Notes: generated from the sequence alone by a model not told the origin. A stretch of 64,000 bases of DNA from Actinomycetota bacterium (GCA_037445775.1 JBBIJX010000003.1:3315-67314); one strand, 5' to 3'; positions 6,053 through 15,372 are shown, counted from the first letter of the stretch. Made by a program: numbers and translations.

Positions 6053-8682
6053 GCACGGTCCTTCCGGGCGGGGACGAGCCCGGCCTTGACGGCGAGACGA
6101 CGAAGGTTGGCGAGTTCGGCCTCGCGGCCGGCGACTCGCCCGTCCAAGCGGTCGTCGCGGGCTCGCGCAAGTATAGCCGAGAACGCCGCTCCGGGCGGGG
6201 CGCCCATCTCGATGAGGTCGCGCCCCGTGACGCTCGGCCGCACCGCCGCCACCTCGAGGGCGTAGTGCTCGACGCGTTCCCGCGCAAGGTCATCTCCCCG
6301 CGCCCAAAGGACTGCGACCGCTTCCGGCGCGAAGCCTTCGAGCATCCGCGCAAGCCTGCTGTCACGCATCCCGCGCTTGTCTGCGAGCGCGCGCTCGACG
6401 CCTGCCGCCGAGGCGATCGACAAGGCCACCTGCGCGTACGCCTTGCCGATACGCATGTGTCTGAGCCAGCGATCCACGCCGTCGCGCCGGCCTGACGTCG
6501 AAAGCGCGGCGATGAGCGCCGTGCGGCGGTCTGGCAAACGAAGCACCGACTCCTCCAGCCGCGCAACGCCAGCGAGCGCGGACTCGGCCGCCGCTATCGC
6601 GCTCGCGCTCGACCCGCCCGGCGGCAGCATCGGAGCAAGCGCACCGAGCTCGTCAACGCGCTTGAGCACCCGCACAGGCTCCGCCTCGTCGAGCAGGTCG
6701 TAGAGCTCCTCGCGCACGCGCGCGCCGGAGACCTCGTCGAGCAGGTCGAGTTCGACGGCCTGACGCGCCAGCGCCTCGCTGTGCTCGTCGAGCGCGAAGC
6801 CGTAGCGGACCTCGAAGCGCGCTGCGCGCAAGACACGTGTCGGATCTTCGACGAACGACAGCGCGTGCAGCACGCGAATCGTGCCGTCCTTGAGATCACC
6901 GAGTCCGCCGAACGGGTCTGCGATGGCGCCGAAGCATGATGCGTCTACGCAGGCCGCCATCGCGTTGATGGTGAAGTCGCGCCGCAGCAGGTCCTGCCGA
7001 AGCGTCGAGCGCTCGACGGTGGGAAGCGCCCCGGGGCGCGTGTAATACTCCGAGCGGCTGCTCGCGATGTCGATGCGGAAATCACGCGACAGCACGAGCA
7101 CCGCGGTGCCGAACCTGCGGTGAGCCGTCACGCGAGCCCCCAGCGTCGCGGCCGCCCGTTCGCCGAATGCGATGCCGTCGCCCTCGACCACCACGTCGAT
7201 GTCGAGGTTCTCGCGGCCGAGCAGCATGTCGCGCACGAACCCGCCTACAACGTGGGCTCGCACACCGCATTCCTCAGCGATCTGGCCCAGTCGGCGCAGG
7301 GTGTCGCGGACTTGAGGCGGCAGCAGCGTGTCGACCGATGCAAGAAACGCGCGACGCGCCTCCTCGTCGGAACGCTGCGGCGCACCGCCAACGTAGCTCT
7401 CGCCGTGCTGCGCGCGCAGGACATCCTTGCGCGTGATGATGCCGATCATGTGGCCGTTGTCCATGACAGGCACGCGGCCGATCCCCCGCGTACCCAGCAG
7501 CCTCTCGAGCTCGGTCAGGTCCGTGCCGCGCGCGACAGTGACCACGTCGCCGCCCATGAACCCCTTGACCGGCGCATGTCCGAGCCGGTGTCTGAGCGCC
7601 TTGTCGACGTCCTTGCGCGTGACGAGGCCCACCAGCTTGCCGGCCTCCTCCACCGGCAGTCCCCCGTGTCCCCACTTGCCCATGAGCTCCGCGGCATCGC
7701 GCATCGAGGTCTCAGGGGTCACGGTGCGCACCGGCGCACTCATGATGTCGGCGGCGGTCAGCGGTGGGTGCACTACTTGCTCCAAGGCGGTGCGCACCGC
7801 TCTGAGCGCCTCGGCGGGCGGAAGCTCCCGGAAGCCCGCGGAGGCCGCTTGGGCGTGCCCGCCGCCTCCGATGAGCGCCATCGCCGCACCCACATCGACT
7901 TCCGCCAGGCGCGACCGCGCGACGATCTGCGTCCGGTCGGGCATGCTCACCACTGCGATAGCGACCCGGTGCCCCAGATCCTCGACTACGTGGTGCGTGA
8001 GCACGCTCGCCGAGTCGACATACTCGTCGGCCAGTGCTGTGCCCACGGCGACCGGCTGCCCGTGAACGTCCCATACCTCGAGTGAACTCTCGAGCTGTTC
8101 GAGCAGCCGCTGTTGCTCAGGCTCGAGAGCGCGCGCGAGGAACTGGTTGAGCACCTCCAAGTCCGCCCCTGTCGCCATGAGCCAGGCGGCGGCGTCCGCG
8201 TCATAGGCGGTCGCCGTCGGGTAGGTGAGCGATCCGGTGTCTTCATGAATGCCCAGCAGGAAGAGGGATGCCTCGAGAGGCGTCGGCACGATGCCGCGCG
8301 CGCGCAGCTCATGGACGAGGATGCTCGTTGTCGCGCCCACGTCGGCGCTGCGGTCTTCCACGCCGGACACGTCGCCCTCTTGGGGCGGGTGGTGGTCGTA
8401 GACGATGACCTCGACGTCGGCGCGAGCTACGAGCGACCCGATCTCGCCGATCCGGCCCGCATCCCGTGTGTCGACCATGATCACGGAATCAACCTCGGAC
8501 AGATCAAGGCCGCGCAGGTCGACAAAGGGCACGAAGTCCTCGTGCAGGTTGTGGAACGCGCGCACGTTCGCGTTCTGCGTTCCTAGGAAGACACCCTTGG
8601 CGCCCTCGAAGAGCCTCGTCGCGGCGACAGTGGCCGCGTAGGCGTCGAAGTCAGGGTTTGCATGTCCAACGACGATCCGCAC
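6049..8682 (-). CDS. Multidomain DHH/DHHA1 phosphoesterase - CBS pair - class II tRNA nucleotidyltransferase (CCA-adding/poly(A) polymerase family)
   Basis: N-terminus has DFDAYAA...VYDHH (DHH) and GGGGHAQAA (DHHA1). Two CBS modules sit in the middle. C-terminus has VVGGFVRDMLLGRENLDIDVVVEGD and RRDFTINAMA, the nucleotidyltransferase head. Confidence 0.8.
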   Translation of the reverse strand: MRIVVGHANPDFDAYAATVAATRLFEGAKGVFLGTQNANVRAFHNLHEDFVPFVDLRGLDLSEVDSVIMVDTRDAGRIGEIGSLVARADVEVIVYDHHPPQEGDVSGVEDRSADVGATTSILVHELRARGIVPTPLEASLFLLGIHEDTGSLTYPTATAYDADAAAWLMATGADLEVLNQFLARALEPEQQRLLEQLESSLEVWDVHGQPVAVGTALADEYVDSASVLTHHVVEDLGHRVAIAVVSMPDRTQIVARSRLAEVDVGAAMALIGGGGHAQAASAGFRELPPAEALRAVRTALEQVVHPPLTAADIMSAPVRTVTPETSMRDAAELMGKWGHGGLPVEEAGKLVGLVTRKDVDKALRHRLGHAPVKGFMGGDVVTVARGTDLTELERLLGTRGIGRVPVMDNGHMIGIITRKDVLRAQHGESYVGGAPQRSDEEARRAFLASVDTLLPPQVRDTLRRLGQIAEECGVRAHVVGGFVRDMLLGRENLDIDVVVEGDGIAFGERAAATLGARVTAHRRFGTAVLVLSRDFRIDIASSRSEYYTRPGALPTVERSTLRQDLLRRDFTINAMAACVDASCFGAIADPFGGLGDLKDGTIRVLHALSFVEDPTRVLRAARFEVRYGFALDEHSEALARQAVELDLLDEVSGARVREELYDLLDEAEPVRVLKRVDELGALAPMLPPGGSSASAIAAAESALAGVARLEESVLRLPDRRTALIAALSTSGRRDGVDRWLRHMRIGKAYAQVALSIASAAGVERALADKRGMRDSRLARMLEGFAPEAVAVLWARGDDLARERVEHYALEVAAVRPSVTGRDLIEMGAPPGAAFSAILARARDDRLDGRVAGREAELANLRRLAVKAGLVPARKDRA

Positions 8683-8700
8683 CGGACTTCGTCTCCCAAC

Positions 8701-10011
8701 TCACAGCTCGTAGAAGAGCGGCGACGCGGGTTGCGGGTCAGCGGCGAAGCGGATCGAGGCGCGGAACCGCACCTCGGCCTCGTCCAGGCGCGCCCTCGTG
8801 GCCGCGTGCACCGTCGCGAGCAGCCCGCCCGCATCCACCCGGTCACCTGTGCGGACCGCAAGCACGACTCCCGCCCCCGGGTCGATCACGTCGTCGAGCG
8901 TCTCGCGCCCCGCCCCCGCGAGCATCGCGGCGCGTCCAACGCCCGCCGCATCGAAGCCCGCGATGAAGCCGCTCTTCTCAGCACGAACCTCCCGTGTCAT
9001 CGCCGCGCGCGGAAGCAGCGCCGGGTCGTCGATGACGGCCGGGTCGCCTCCTTGGGCCGCCACCCACGCACGCATCTTCGCGAGCGCGGCGCCGGACGCG
9101 ATGACGCCGTCGACGAGCTCACGCCCGTGCTCCTGGTCGCGTGCCGCTCCAGCCATTGCAAGCATCCGTGCCGAAGAGGTCCGCGCGACCTCGATAAGCG
9201 CCGGTGAGCCACCCTCCCCACAGAGCACGCGCACCGCCTCGGCGACCTCAAGGGCGTTGCCGACGCAACTGCCGAGCGGTTCGTTCATGTCGGTCAGCTC
9301 ACAGACGACATCGCGCCCCAAGGCGTGGCCGACGCGGGTGAGTTCACTCGCGAGGGCTCGCGCGTCTGCGATCGTGCGCATGAACGCGCCGGAGCCCACC
9401 TTGACGTCTAGGAGGATCGCACTTGCGCCACCCGCCACCTTCTTGCTGATGATCGAGCCCACGATGAGGGGGATGCTCGCCACCGTCGCGGTGACGTCGC
9501 GCAGCGCATAGAGCTTCTTGTCCGCCGGATCGATGTCGGGCGTCTGCGCGATGACGGCCAGCCCGACGTCGCGCACCTGCGCCACGAACTCCTCGGTGCT
9601 CAGCTCGACACGGAAGCCCGGTATCGCCTCAAGTTTGTCGAGCGTGCCGCCCGTATGACCGAGCCCCCGCCCGCTCATCTTGGCCACGGGCACACCGCAC
9701 GCGGCGACTATGGGCGCGATGACGAGAGTCGCCGTGTCCGCGACGCCGCCGGTGGAGTGCTTGTCCACCGTGATGCCCGGAATAGACGAAAGGTCCACGA
9801 CACGCCCCGAGCGCACCATCGCGTCAGTCAGCCACACCGTCTCATCGGCGTCGAGCCCGTTGAGGTACGCGGCCATGAGCCACGCGGCCATCTGGTAGTC
9901 GGGGATCTCGTTGCGCGCGAAACCCAGCACGAGCGCATCGATCTCTTCGGCCGTGTGCGAGCGGCCGTCGCGCTTGTGCGCGATGAGCTCCTCGACAGTG
10001 AGCGCGCTCAT
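8701..10011 (-). CDS. pdp: Pyrimidine-nucleoside (thymidine) phosphorylase
   Basis: EEIDALVLGF...IPDYQMAAWLMA...DKHSTGGVADT motifs. Start at ATG 10011 (MSALTVEEL), in an ATGA overlap with the deoB stop. Confidence 0.9.
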   Translation of the reverse strand: MSALTVEELIAHKRDGRSHTAEEIDALVLGFARNEIPDYQMAAWLMAAYLNGLDADETVWLTDAMVRSGRVVDLSSIPGITVDKHSTGGVADTATLVIAPIVAACGVPVAKMSGRGLGHTGGTLDKLEAIPGFRVELSTEEFVAQVRDVGLAVIAQTPDIDPADKKLYALRDVTATVASIPLIVGSIISKKVAGGASAILLDVKVGSGAFMRTIADARALASELTRVGHALGRDVVCELTDMNEPLGSCVGNALEVAEAVRVLCGEGGSPALIEVARTSSARMLAMAGAARDQEHGRELVDGVIASGAALAKMRAWVAAQGGDPAVIDDPALLPRAAMTREVRAEKSGFIAGFDAAGVGRAAMLAGAGRETLDDVIDPGAGVVLAVRTGDRVDAGGLLATVHAATRARLDEAEVRFRASIRFAADPQPASPLFYEL

Positions 10012-11207
10012 GTCCGGCGGACCTCGGAGAGGAAGCTCGTGCCCCGTCCGCACGCGCCGGCGAGCCCGTAGAAGTCGAGCACCGTCTCGCCGATATCTGC
10101 GAAGGTGGAGCGTTCCCCTAGGTCGACGCCGGTATCGACGCCCTTGACGTGCACGATGAGGGGCGTGTACTCGCGGCTGTGGTCCGTCGACGAGGTCGTG
10201 GGGTCACAGCCGTGGTCGGCGGTGATGATGAGCAGGTCGCCATCGCGCATGGCCTCGACAAGCTCGGGCATCCGCGCGTCGACGGCCTCTAGCCCGCGCG
10301 CATAGCCCTCGACGTCGTTGCGGTGTCCCCAGATCATGTCGAAGTCGACGAGGTTCGCGAAGACGAACCCGTTGTCCGCCGTGTCGCGCACCCGGGCGAG
10401 CAGGTTGTCGAAGCCGTGCATGTTGTTCTCCGAGTGCGGCGATTCGCAGATGCCGCGCCACGCGAAGATCTCGCCGATCTTGCCGATGCCGTAGCATCTG
10501 ACGCCCGCGTCACTCAGGCGATCGAGCGCCGTGGGCTCGAACGGCTCGATGGCGAAGTCGCGGCGCCGGTGCGTACGCTGGTAGACACCAGCGGCGTCAG
10601 GGCCGATGAAGGGGCGCGCGATGATCCTGCCCACAGCGTGCTCTCCAACGCACACCTTCGTGCGCGCGATCTCGCAAAGGCGGTAGAGCTCGTCGATAGA
10701 CACGACGTCTTCGTGCGTGGCGATCTGGAATACGCTGTCCGCGCTCGTGTAGACGATGGGTGCGCCGCTGCGTACGTGTTCGCCGCCCAGCTCCTGGATG
10801 ATGACCGTGCCGCTCGCCGGGCGGTTCCCGAGCCAGCCTAGCCCGGTCTCGCGCCTCCACGCCTCCATGACCTCAGGCGGAAAGCCCTCAGGGTAGGTGG
10901 GGAACGGACGGGACAGCTCGAGCCCCATCATCTCCCAGTGCCCCGTCGTAGTGTCCTTACCGGCACTAGCCTCGGCGTTGCGGCCCCACGACGCGACGGG
11001 GGAAGCGACCGGGGGCACACCATCGATGGGCGTCACGTTGCCGAGTCCCATCGCGCCGAGGTTGGGCATCTTGAGACCGCCCGCGGCGCGCGCGGTGTTG
11101 CCAAGCGTGTTCGCCCCCTCATCGCCGTAGAGCGCAGCATCGGGCAGCGCGCCCACGCCCACGCTGTCGAGCACGAGAACGATCGCCCGGGACTCGCGTC
11201 CGTGCAT
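10008..11207 (-). CDS. deoB: Phosphopentomutase
   Basis: IVLVLDSVGVGALPDA...GANTLGN and ITADHGCDPT motifs. Start at ATG 11207. The track N-terminal extension to 11525 is Arg-rich junk overlapping pilB. Confidence 0.9.
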   Translation of the reverse strand: MHGRESRAIVLVLDSVGVGALPDAALYGDEGANTLGNTARAAGGLKMPNLGAMGLGNVTPIDGVPPVASPVASWGRNAEASAGKDTTTGHWEMMGLELSRPFPTYPEGFPPEVMEAWRRETGLGWLGNRPASGTVIIQELGGEHVRSGAPIVYTSADSVFQIATHEDVVSIDELYRLCEIARTKVCVGEHAVGRIIARPFIGPDAAGVYQRTHRRRDFAIEPFEPTALDRLSDAGVRCYGIGKIGEIFAWRGICESPHSENNMHGFDNLLARVRDTADNGFVFANLVDFDMIWGHRNDVEGYARGLEAVDARMPELVEAMRDGDLLIITADHGCDPTTSSTDHSREYTPLIVHVKGVDTGVDLGERSTFADIGETVLDFYGLAGACGRGTSFLSEVRRT

Positions 11208-12874
11208 CAGACGACCACGCGGTTGAGCTCGTCGAGCGAAGTGACGCCGGACTTGACCTTGTCGAGCGCGTCGCGCCTTAGGGTGCGCATGCCAGCGCAG
11301 AGCGCCTCCTTGCGGAGCTCCTCGGCAGGCGCTTTGTGTATGAACATGCGCCGCAACTCGTCGCTGAACTCCATCACCTCGAACACACCAACCCGCCCGC
11401 GATAGCCGGAACCGCCGCACGCCTCGCACCCCACAGGCCCGAAGATCGTCAAGCCGGAGAGTTCGGCCTCCTCGAAACCCGCGTCGCGCAGCAACGCGCC
11501 GTCGACGTCGAGCTGCACCTTGCACCGCTCGCAGAGCCGCCGCACCAGGCGTTGGGCGACGGCGCCGATAAGCCCGGACGATACGATATAGGGCGGTATC
11601 CCCATGTCGCTCAAGCGCGTGAGCACTGAGGCCGCGTCGTTGGTGTGTATCGACGTGAGCATCAGATGCCCCGTAAGCGCGGCACGCACCGCGATCTCTG
11701 CGGTCTCGGCGTCACGGACCTCGCCCACAAGCACCACATCGGGGTCCGAGCGAAGAATCGACCGCAGCCCTGCACTGAACGTGAGGCCCGTCCTCACATT
11801 CACGGCGATCTGCGTCACGCCGTCCATCGTGTACTCGATGGGATCTTCGATGGTGATGAATTTGCGTCCGAGATCCTGCATCTCACTGAGGATCGCGTAG
11901 AGCGTCGTTGACTTGCCCGAGCCAGTGGGGCCGGAGATGAAGAGAGCGCCGTATGGCTTGCGGAGCATCACTCGGAGCGTCGCGAGAGCCTCCTCGCCGA
12001 GTCCGATGTCGGCGAGAGGTCTGAACGCCGCCTCCTTATCCAGGACACGCAACGTGATCGACTCGCCTGACGGTGTTGGGAGCGTCGCGACTCGAAGGTC
12101 GAGGATCTTGTTCCCAACGCGTACGGCGATCCGGCCGTCTTGCGGCCGACGCCGGTCCGAGATGTCCAGGTCCGCCATGACCTTCAACCGCGACAACGTC
12201 TCAGCTCTCGCACTACGGGGGAGCATCGCCGCTTCCCGCAGCACTCCGTCAACTCGATAACGTATGCGCACGCCGCCGTCGACCGGCTCGAAGTGGATGT
12301 CGCTTGCGTTCTCGAGCACGGCCTCGCGGACGATCTGATTGACCATGCGAACTACAGCCGCGCTCGCCTCCTCATCGCCACCCTGCTCCTCCTCGGGCTC
12401 GGGCTCCTCTCCCATGACCGCTAGCTGCTGGAGCGCATCTGCGCCCGCCACGTACTTCTCGACCGCGTAGCGGACTTGACTCGCGGCGGCGACAACCGGC
12501 TCCACGCGCATCCCCGTGAGCATCTCCGTCTCATCGATCGCCTCGATGTCGAGCGGATCAGCCATCGCGAGCGTGAGCGTCTCCCCGTCGATGCGGACGG
12601 GGATGATCGAGCGCCGCCGGGCCATCCGCAGAGGCAGCAGTACCGTTGCGGCGCGGTCGATGGGATACGCGGCGAGATTGACGTGCTCGTAGCCCTTCTG
12701 TTCGGCAAGGACGCGGGCAATCTGGTCCTCAGTCAGCACGAGATCGCGAACGAGCACCTCCCCGAGCTTCAGATGGGTCTCGGCCTGCCGCAGCAGAGCC
12801 GCGTCGAGCTGCTCGGGTGTGAGAAGGCCGGCCCGGACTAGGAGATCACCGAGCCGGTCGGTCGAGTATGCCAT
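11207..12874 (-). CDS. GspE/PilB-family type II/IV secretion ATPase with N-terminal MshEN-type domain
   Basis: Walker A GPTGSGKSTTLYA, Asp/His boxes, C-terminal tetracysteine CERC...CEACGGSG, and N-terminal RLGDLLVRAGLLTPEQLDAALLRQ. SD GGGGAGGGG upstream of the ATG. Confidence 0.85.
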   Translation of the reverse strand: MAYSTDRLGDLLVRAGLLTPEQLDAALLRQAETHLKLGEVLVRDLVLTEDQIARVLAEQKGYEHVNLAAYPIDRAATVLLPLRMARRRSIIPVRIDGETLTLAMADPLDIEAIDETEMLTGMRVEPVVAAASQVRYAVEKYVAGADALQQLAVMGEEPEPEEEQGGDEEASAAVVRMVNQIVREAVLENASDIHFEPVDGGVRIRYRVDGVLREAAMLPRSARAETLSRLKVMADLDISDRRRPQDGRIAVRVGNKILDLRVATLPTPSGESITLRVLDKEAAFRPLADIGLGEEALATLRVMLRKPYGALFISGPTGSGKSTTLYAILSEMQDLGRKFITIEDPIEYTMDGVTQIAVNVRTGLTFSAGLRSILRSDPDVVLVGEVRDAETAEIAVRAALTGHLMLTSIHTNDAASVLTRLSDMGIPPYIVSSGLIGAVAQRLVRRLCERCKVQLDVDGALLRDAGFEEAELSGLTIFGPVGCEACGGSGYRGRVGVFEVMEFSDELRRMFIHKAPAEELRKEALCAGMRTLRRDALDKVKSGVTSLDELNRVVV

Positions 12875-12919
12875 GTGCCCCTCCCCGCGAAGGCTTGAGC
12901 TGACGCGATGTTGCAGAGC

Positions 12920-13204
12920 CTATTCCCGAGAACGCACCATCGAGAGCATCCACTCCGCGAGAACGAGCACACCGATGGTGAGGGCGATATCGACGTTGAA
13001 CACCCCGCCGTACGGCGTCTTGATGGGTTCGACACCGAACGGAACCTTCAGCCATGCTGTGAGCGCGATGACCGCCTCGCCCCAGCCCTGGGCGGCGAGC
13101 GTGCCAAAGAACTGAACGACGAGGCTCGCCGTGAGCCCGATGGCCAGGACGATGAGGATGTCCATGAGCACCGTCAGGACGGTGCGCAGGGGTTTGGATG
13201 TCAC
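12920..13204 (-). CDS. Small integral membrane protein (2-3 TM), weakly YggT-like
   Basis: 94 aa hydrophobic ORF. GTG start preceded by CGGAGG. Codon third-position GC is consistent with coding. The family assignment is only a loose resemblance. Confidence 0.5.
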   Translation of the reverse strand: MTSKPLRTVLTVLMDILIVLAIGLTASLVVQFFGTLAAQGWGEAVIALTAWLKVPFGVEPIKTPYGGVFNVDIALTIGVLVLAEWMLSMVRSRE

Positions 13205-13291
13205 AGGTGGCCTCCGGGAGACAAGGGTCGATGCGTCGATGCGATTATCGACGCCCGAGCCTGTGCGCGCCAGACACCTTGCGCGGCGGCG

Positions 13292-13543
13292 CTATCGGAG
13301 GGCGTCGGAGGCGATACGAGATATGACCTTGTCGGCGAGGTCGTGGCTGTCGATGGGCGCCGTGAGGAGCCGTGTGCACGCCTCGAGAACGCGCTCGGCA
13401 CGTACATCGGGGGCGCTGTGGACCGCCTCGCAGGCCTGCTCGAGAACCTCCGCCGAGACGTCAGCGTGGTGTCCCGAATCCAGACCGTGCTTCTCACGCA
13501 GCTCCTGCATCGCCAGCCTCGCCTGTTCCTCTGAAAGCATCAT
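13292..13543 (-). CDS. Hypothetical small acidic helical protein
   Basis: 83 aa ORF with coding-like third-position GC. No obvious SD and no recognised motif. Confidence 0.4.
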   Translation of the reverse strand: MMLSEEQARLAMQELREKHGLDSGHHADVSAEVLEQACEAVHSAPDVRAERVLEACTRLLTAPIDSHDLADKVISRIASDALR

Positions 13544-13654
13544 GCCGAAGCTATCGGGGCTCGCGCGCGCTACCTTGATGGGTGATCGTCGAATCGCGCA
13601 AGATGCACGTGACCGCGGTCACACCACGGTGCGCGGACAGCGAGAAACGTCCGG

Positions 13655-13691
13655 GAAAAGGGGGAGCCCCAAGGCCGGCACCTTGAGGCTC
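13655..13691 (-). terminator. Candidate intrinsic terminator of the nuo operon
   Basis: Minus strand, ~120 nt after the nuoN stop: GAGCCTCAAGG-TGCCGG-CCTTGGGGCTC (11-bp stem with one G-U pair) followed by CCCCTTTTCC. Confidence 0.45.
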
Positions 13692-13808
13692 AGGGGTAAG
13701 GGGTTGCATTCGCATGCAACTTGCGTCGCAGCGTATCACGCCGCTCACGCACGCACAAGTACCGTTCACCGATTCACGTGCAGGACATCACCGCAGCACA
13801 GGACCGTC

Positions 13809-15371
13809 CTACCTGGTGATAGAGAAGCCCTCGATGACGCGCGTGAGTCCCGTCACGAGCGGCAGGAGTCCGAGTCCGAGCAGCACTGCGGCGAGAGCGA
13901 TCACCCCGGCCTCAGCGGCCCCGCCTCCTGGGGGATGCGGCCTTCCCTCAGGGTTCTGTGAACCCGGGCCGCCGTTCTCTGCGGAGGCGTCACTTGGATA
14001 CGAGGATGGCGACACGGGCTCCGGCCCCTTCTCAAGGAAGAGCGACCTGATAACCGAGCCATAGTAGGCGATCGATACGACCGACGCGGCCACGCCTACG
14101 GCCACGAGAGCCGCGTACCCCGCGGATTGCGATACGAGCCCCCGCTCGGCCGTGGACACTGAGAGCGCGACCGAGGCGCCGAACGCTTGGAACTTGCCCC
14201 AGAAACCGCCGAATGGCGGCAGACCCGCGAGCGAGCACAGCGCACCGGTCACGGCGAGACCGAGCAAGGGCCGCCGTCGCCCGAGACCAGCGAGCCCGGC
14301 AACGGAGCCGTCCCACGCAGGGTGCAGCCGCTCGAACGCGGCGGCCGCACCGAAGACGCAGACCGAGGCAATCGCATACATCGCGAGGTGGAACGATGCT
14401 GCCGACACGCTCAGAGCCGCAACCGCGATGAGCGCGTAGCCCGCCTGCGCGACACCCGCATACCCGAGCATCCGCCTGTACGAGCGCTGCGGGAGGGCGA
14501 CAAGCGAGCCAACGGCCACTGACACAAGCGCGAATGCACCGATCACCACGAGCGCATCGCCTGCAAGTGAGCCTGCCTCGAAGACGCCAGTCTCAGGCGA
14601 GACTAGAGCGAGCACGAACGAGCCGAACGCGACGCCCACCGCGAGCTTCGCCGGACCCGCAAGCACGCCGGCTGCGGCCGGTTCGGCGTGCTCGTAGGCG
14701 TCGGGCGCCCACGAGTGCAGCGGCGCGGCACCGAACTTGAACGCCAGCGCGACGACGATGAGAACCACGGGCACGAGCGCCGGCAACGCGGATCCCGCAC
14801 TTCCGGCGAACGCGAGTGGCACCGAGAGGTCAAGACGGCCGCTGGACGTTCCTGCGAGAATCGAGAGGCCCATGACGAAGACGCCTGTGGCCACGGCGCC
14901 CTGCACGAAGTACTTCATCGCCGCTTCACGGGCGCCGCCGCCCGAGCCGAGGGCGACCAGCGCGTATGCGCACACAGCGACCGTCTCGAGGGCTAGCAGC
15001 AGGAAGAGGATGTCGGCCGCGCTCATCGCGAGGACCGAGCCGACCGCGATCAACGCGACCAGCACCACGCCCTGGCCCGACTCCGCGAATCGCGACCCCC
15101 GGGCGCTGGCCAGCGCCACAGCACACAGCAGCATCACCACACCGGCTACTGGCGAGTACCCGCGCCCCACGTGCAGCACGTCGTACACGACGGCGTGATC
15201 GAAGCTCCACCCGCCCACCAGCGCGACGAGCCCGCCGGCCGCGAGCAGGGCCGATGCCGCCAGGACTCCGGTCTCGCCGGAGCGGGTGGTGAAAGCGTCG
15301 GCTGCGAGCGCGGCGACGGCGCCAACAAGCGCAGGCCCGATGGTCAGCCACAGTAAAGCCTCCGCGGTCAT
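13809..15371 (-). CDS. nuoN: NADH-quinone oxidoreductase subunit N
   Basis: Polytopic antiporter-like subunit, last gene of the operon. Start sits 1 nt after the nuoM stop. Confidence 0.88.
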   Translation of the reverse strand: MTAEALLWLTIGPALVGAVAALAADAFTTRSGETGVLAASALLAAGGLVALVGGWSFDHAVVYDVLHVGRGYSPVAGVVMLLCAVALASARGSRFAESGQGVVLVALIAVGSVLAMSAADILFLLLALETVAVCAYALVALGSGGGAREAAMKYFVQGAVATGVFVMGLSILAGTSSGRLDLSVPLAFAGSAGSALPALVPVVLIVVALAFKFGAAPLHSWAPDAYEHAEPAAAGVLAGPAKLAVGVAFGSFVLALVSPETGVFEAGSLAGDALVVIGAFALVSVAVGSLVALPQRSYRRMLGYAGVAQAGYALIAVAALSVSAASFHLAMYAIASVCVFGAAAAFERLHPAWDGSVAGLAGLGRRRPLLGLAVTGALCSLAGLPPFGGFWGKFQAFGASVALSVSTAERGLVSQSAGYAALVAVGVAASVVSIAYYGSVIRSLFLEKGPEPVSPSSYPSDASAENGGPGSQNPEGRPHPPGGGAAEAGVIALAAVLLGLGLLPLVTGLTRVIEGFSITR

Positions 15372-15372
15372 G

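Noticed and set aside
5310-6566. 418-aa minus-strand ORF overlapping the M50 protease and the end of the CCA-enzyme gene in another frame
   Set aside because: It is out of frame with two well-supported genes on the same strand and has an extreme Arg/Ser/Pro composition.
10008-11525. Track ORF giving DeoB a 106-aa N-terminal extension; similar extensions at 19473..22001, 21530..22798, 46289..47332, 15373..17028, 38130..39524 and 24653..25162
   Set aside because: The extensions overlap the 3' ends of upstream genes in another frame and are Arg-rich junk. Conserved N-terminal motifs begin at internal ATG/GTG codons, which show start/stop overlaps or SD sequences.
13609-13622. Palindrome GTGACCGCGGTCAC as an operator for the 83-aa ORF
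   Set aside because: It is a short GC-rich palindrome containing a SacII-type CCGCGG core, which could arise by chance at this GC content. I could not define any associated promoter hexamers.
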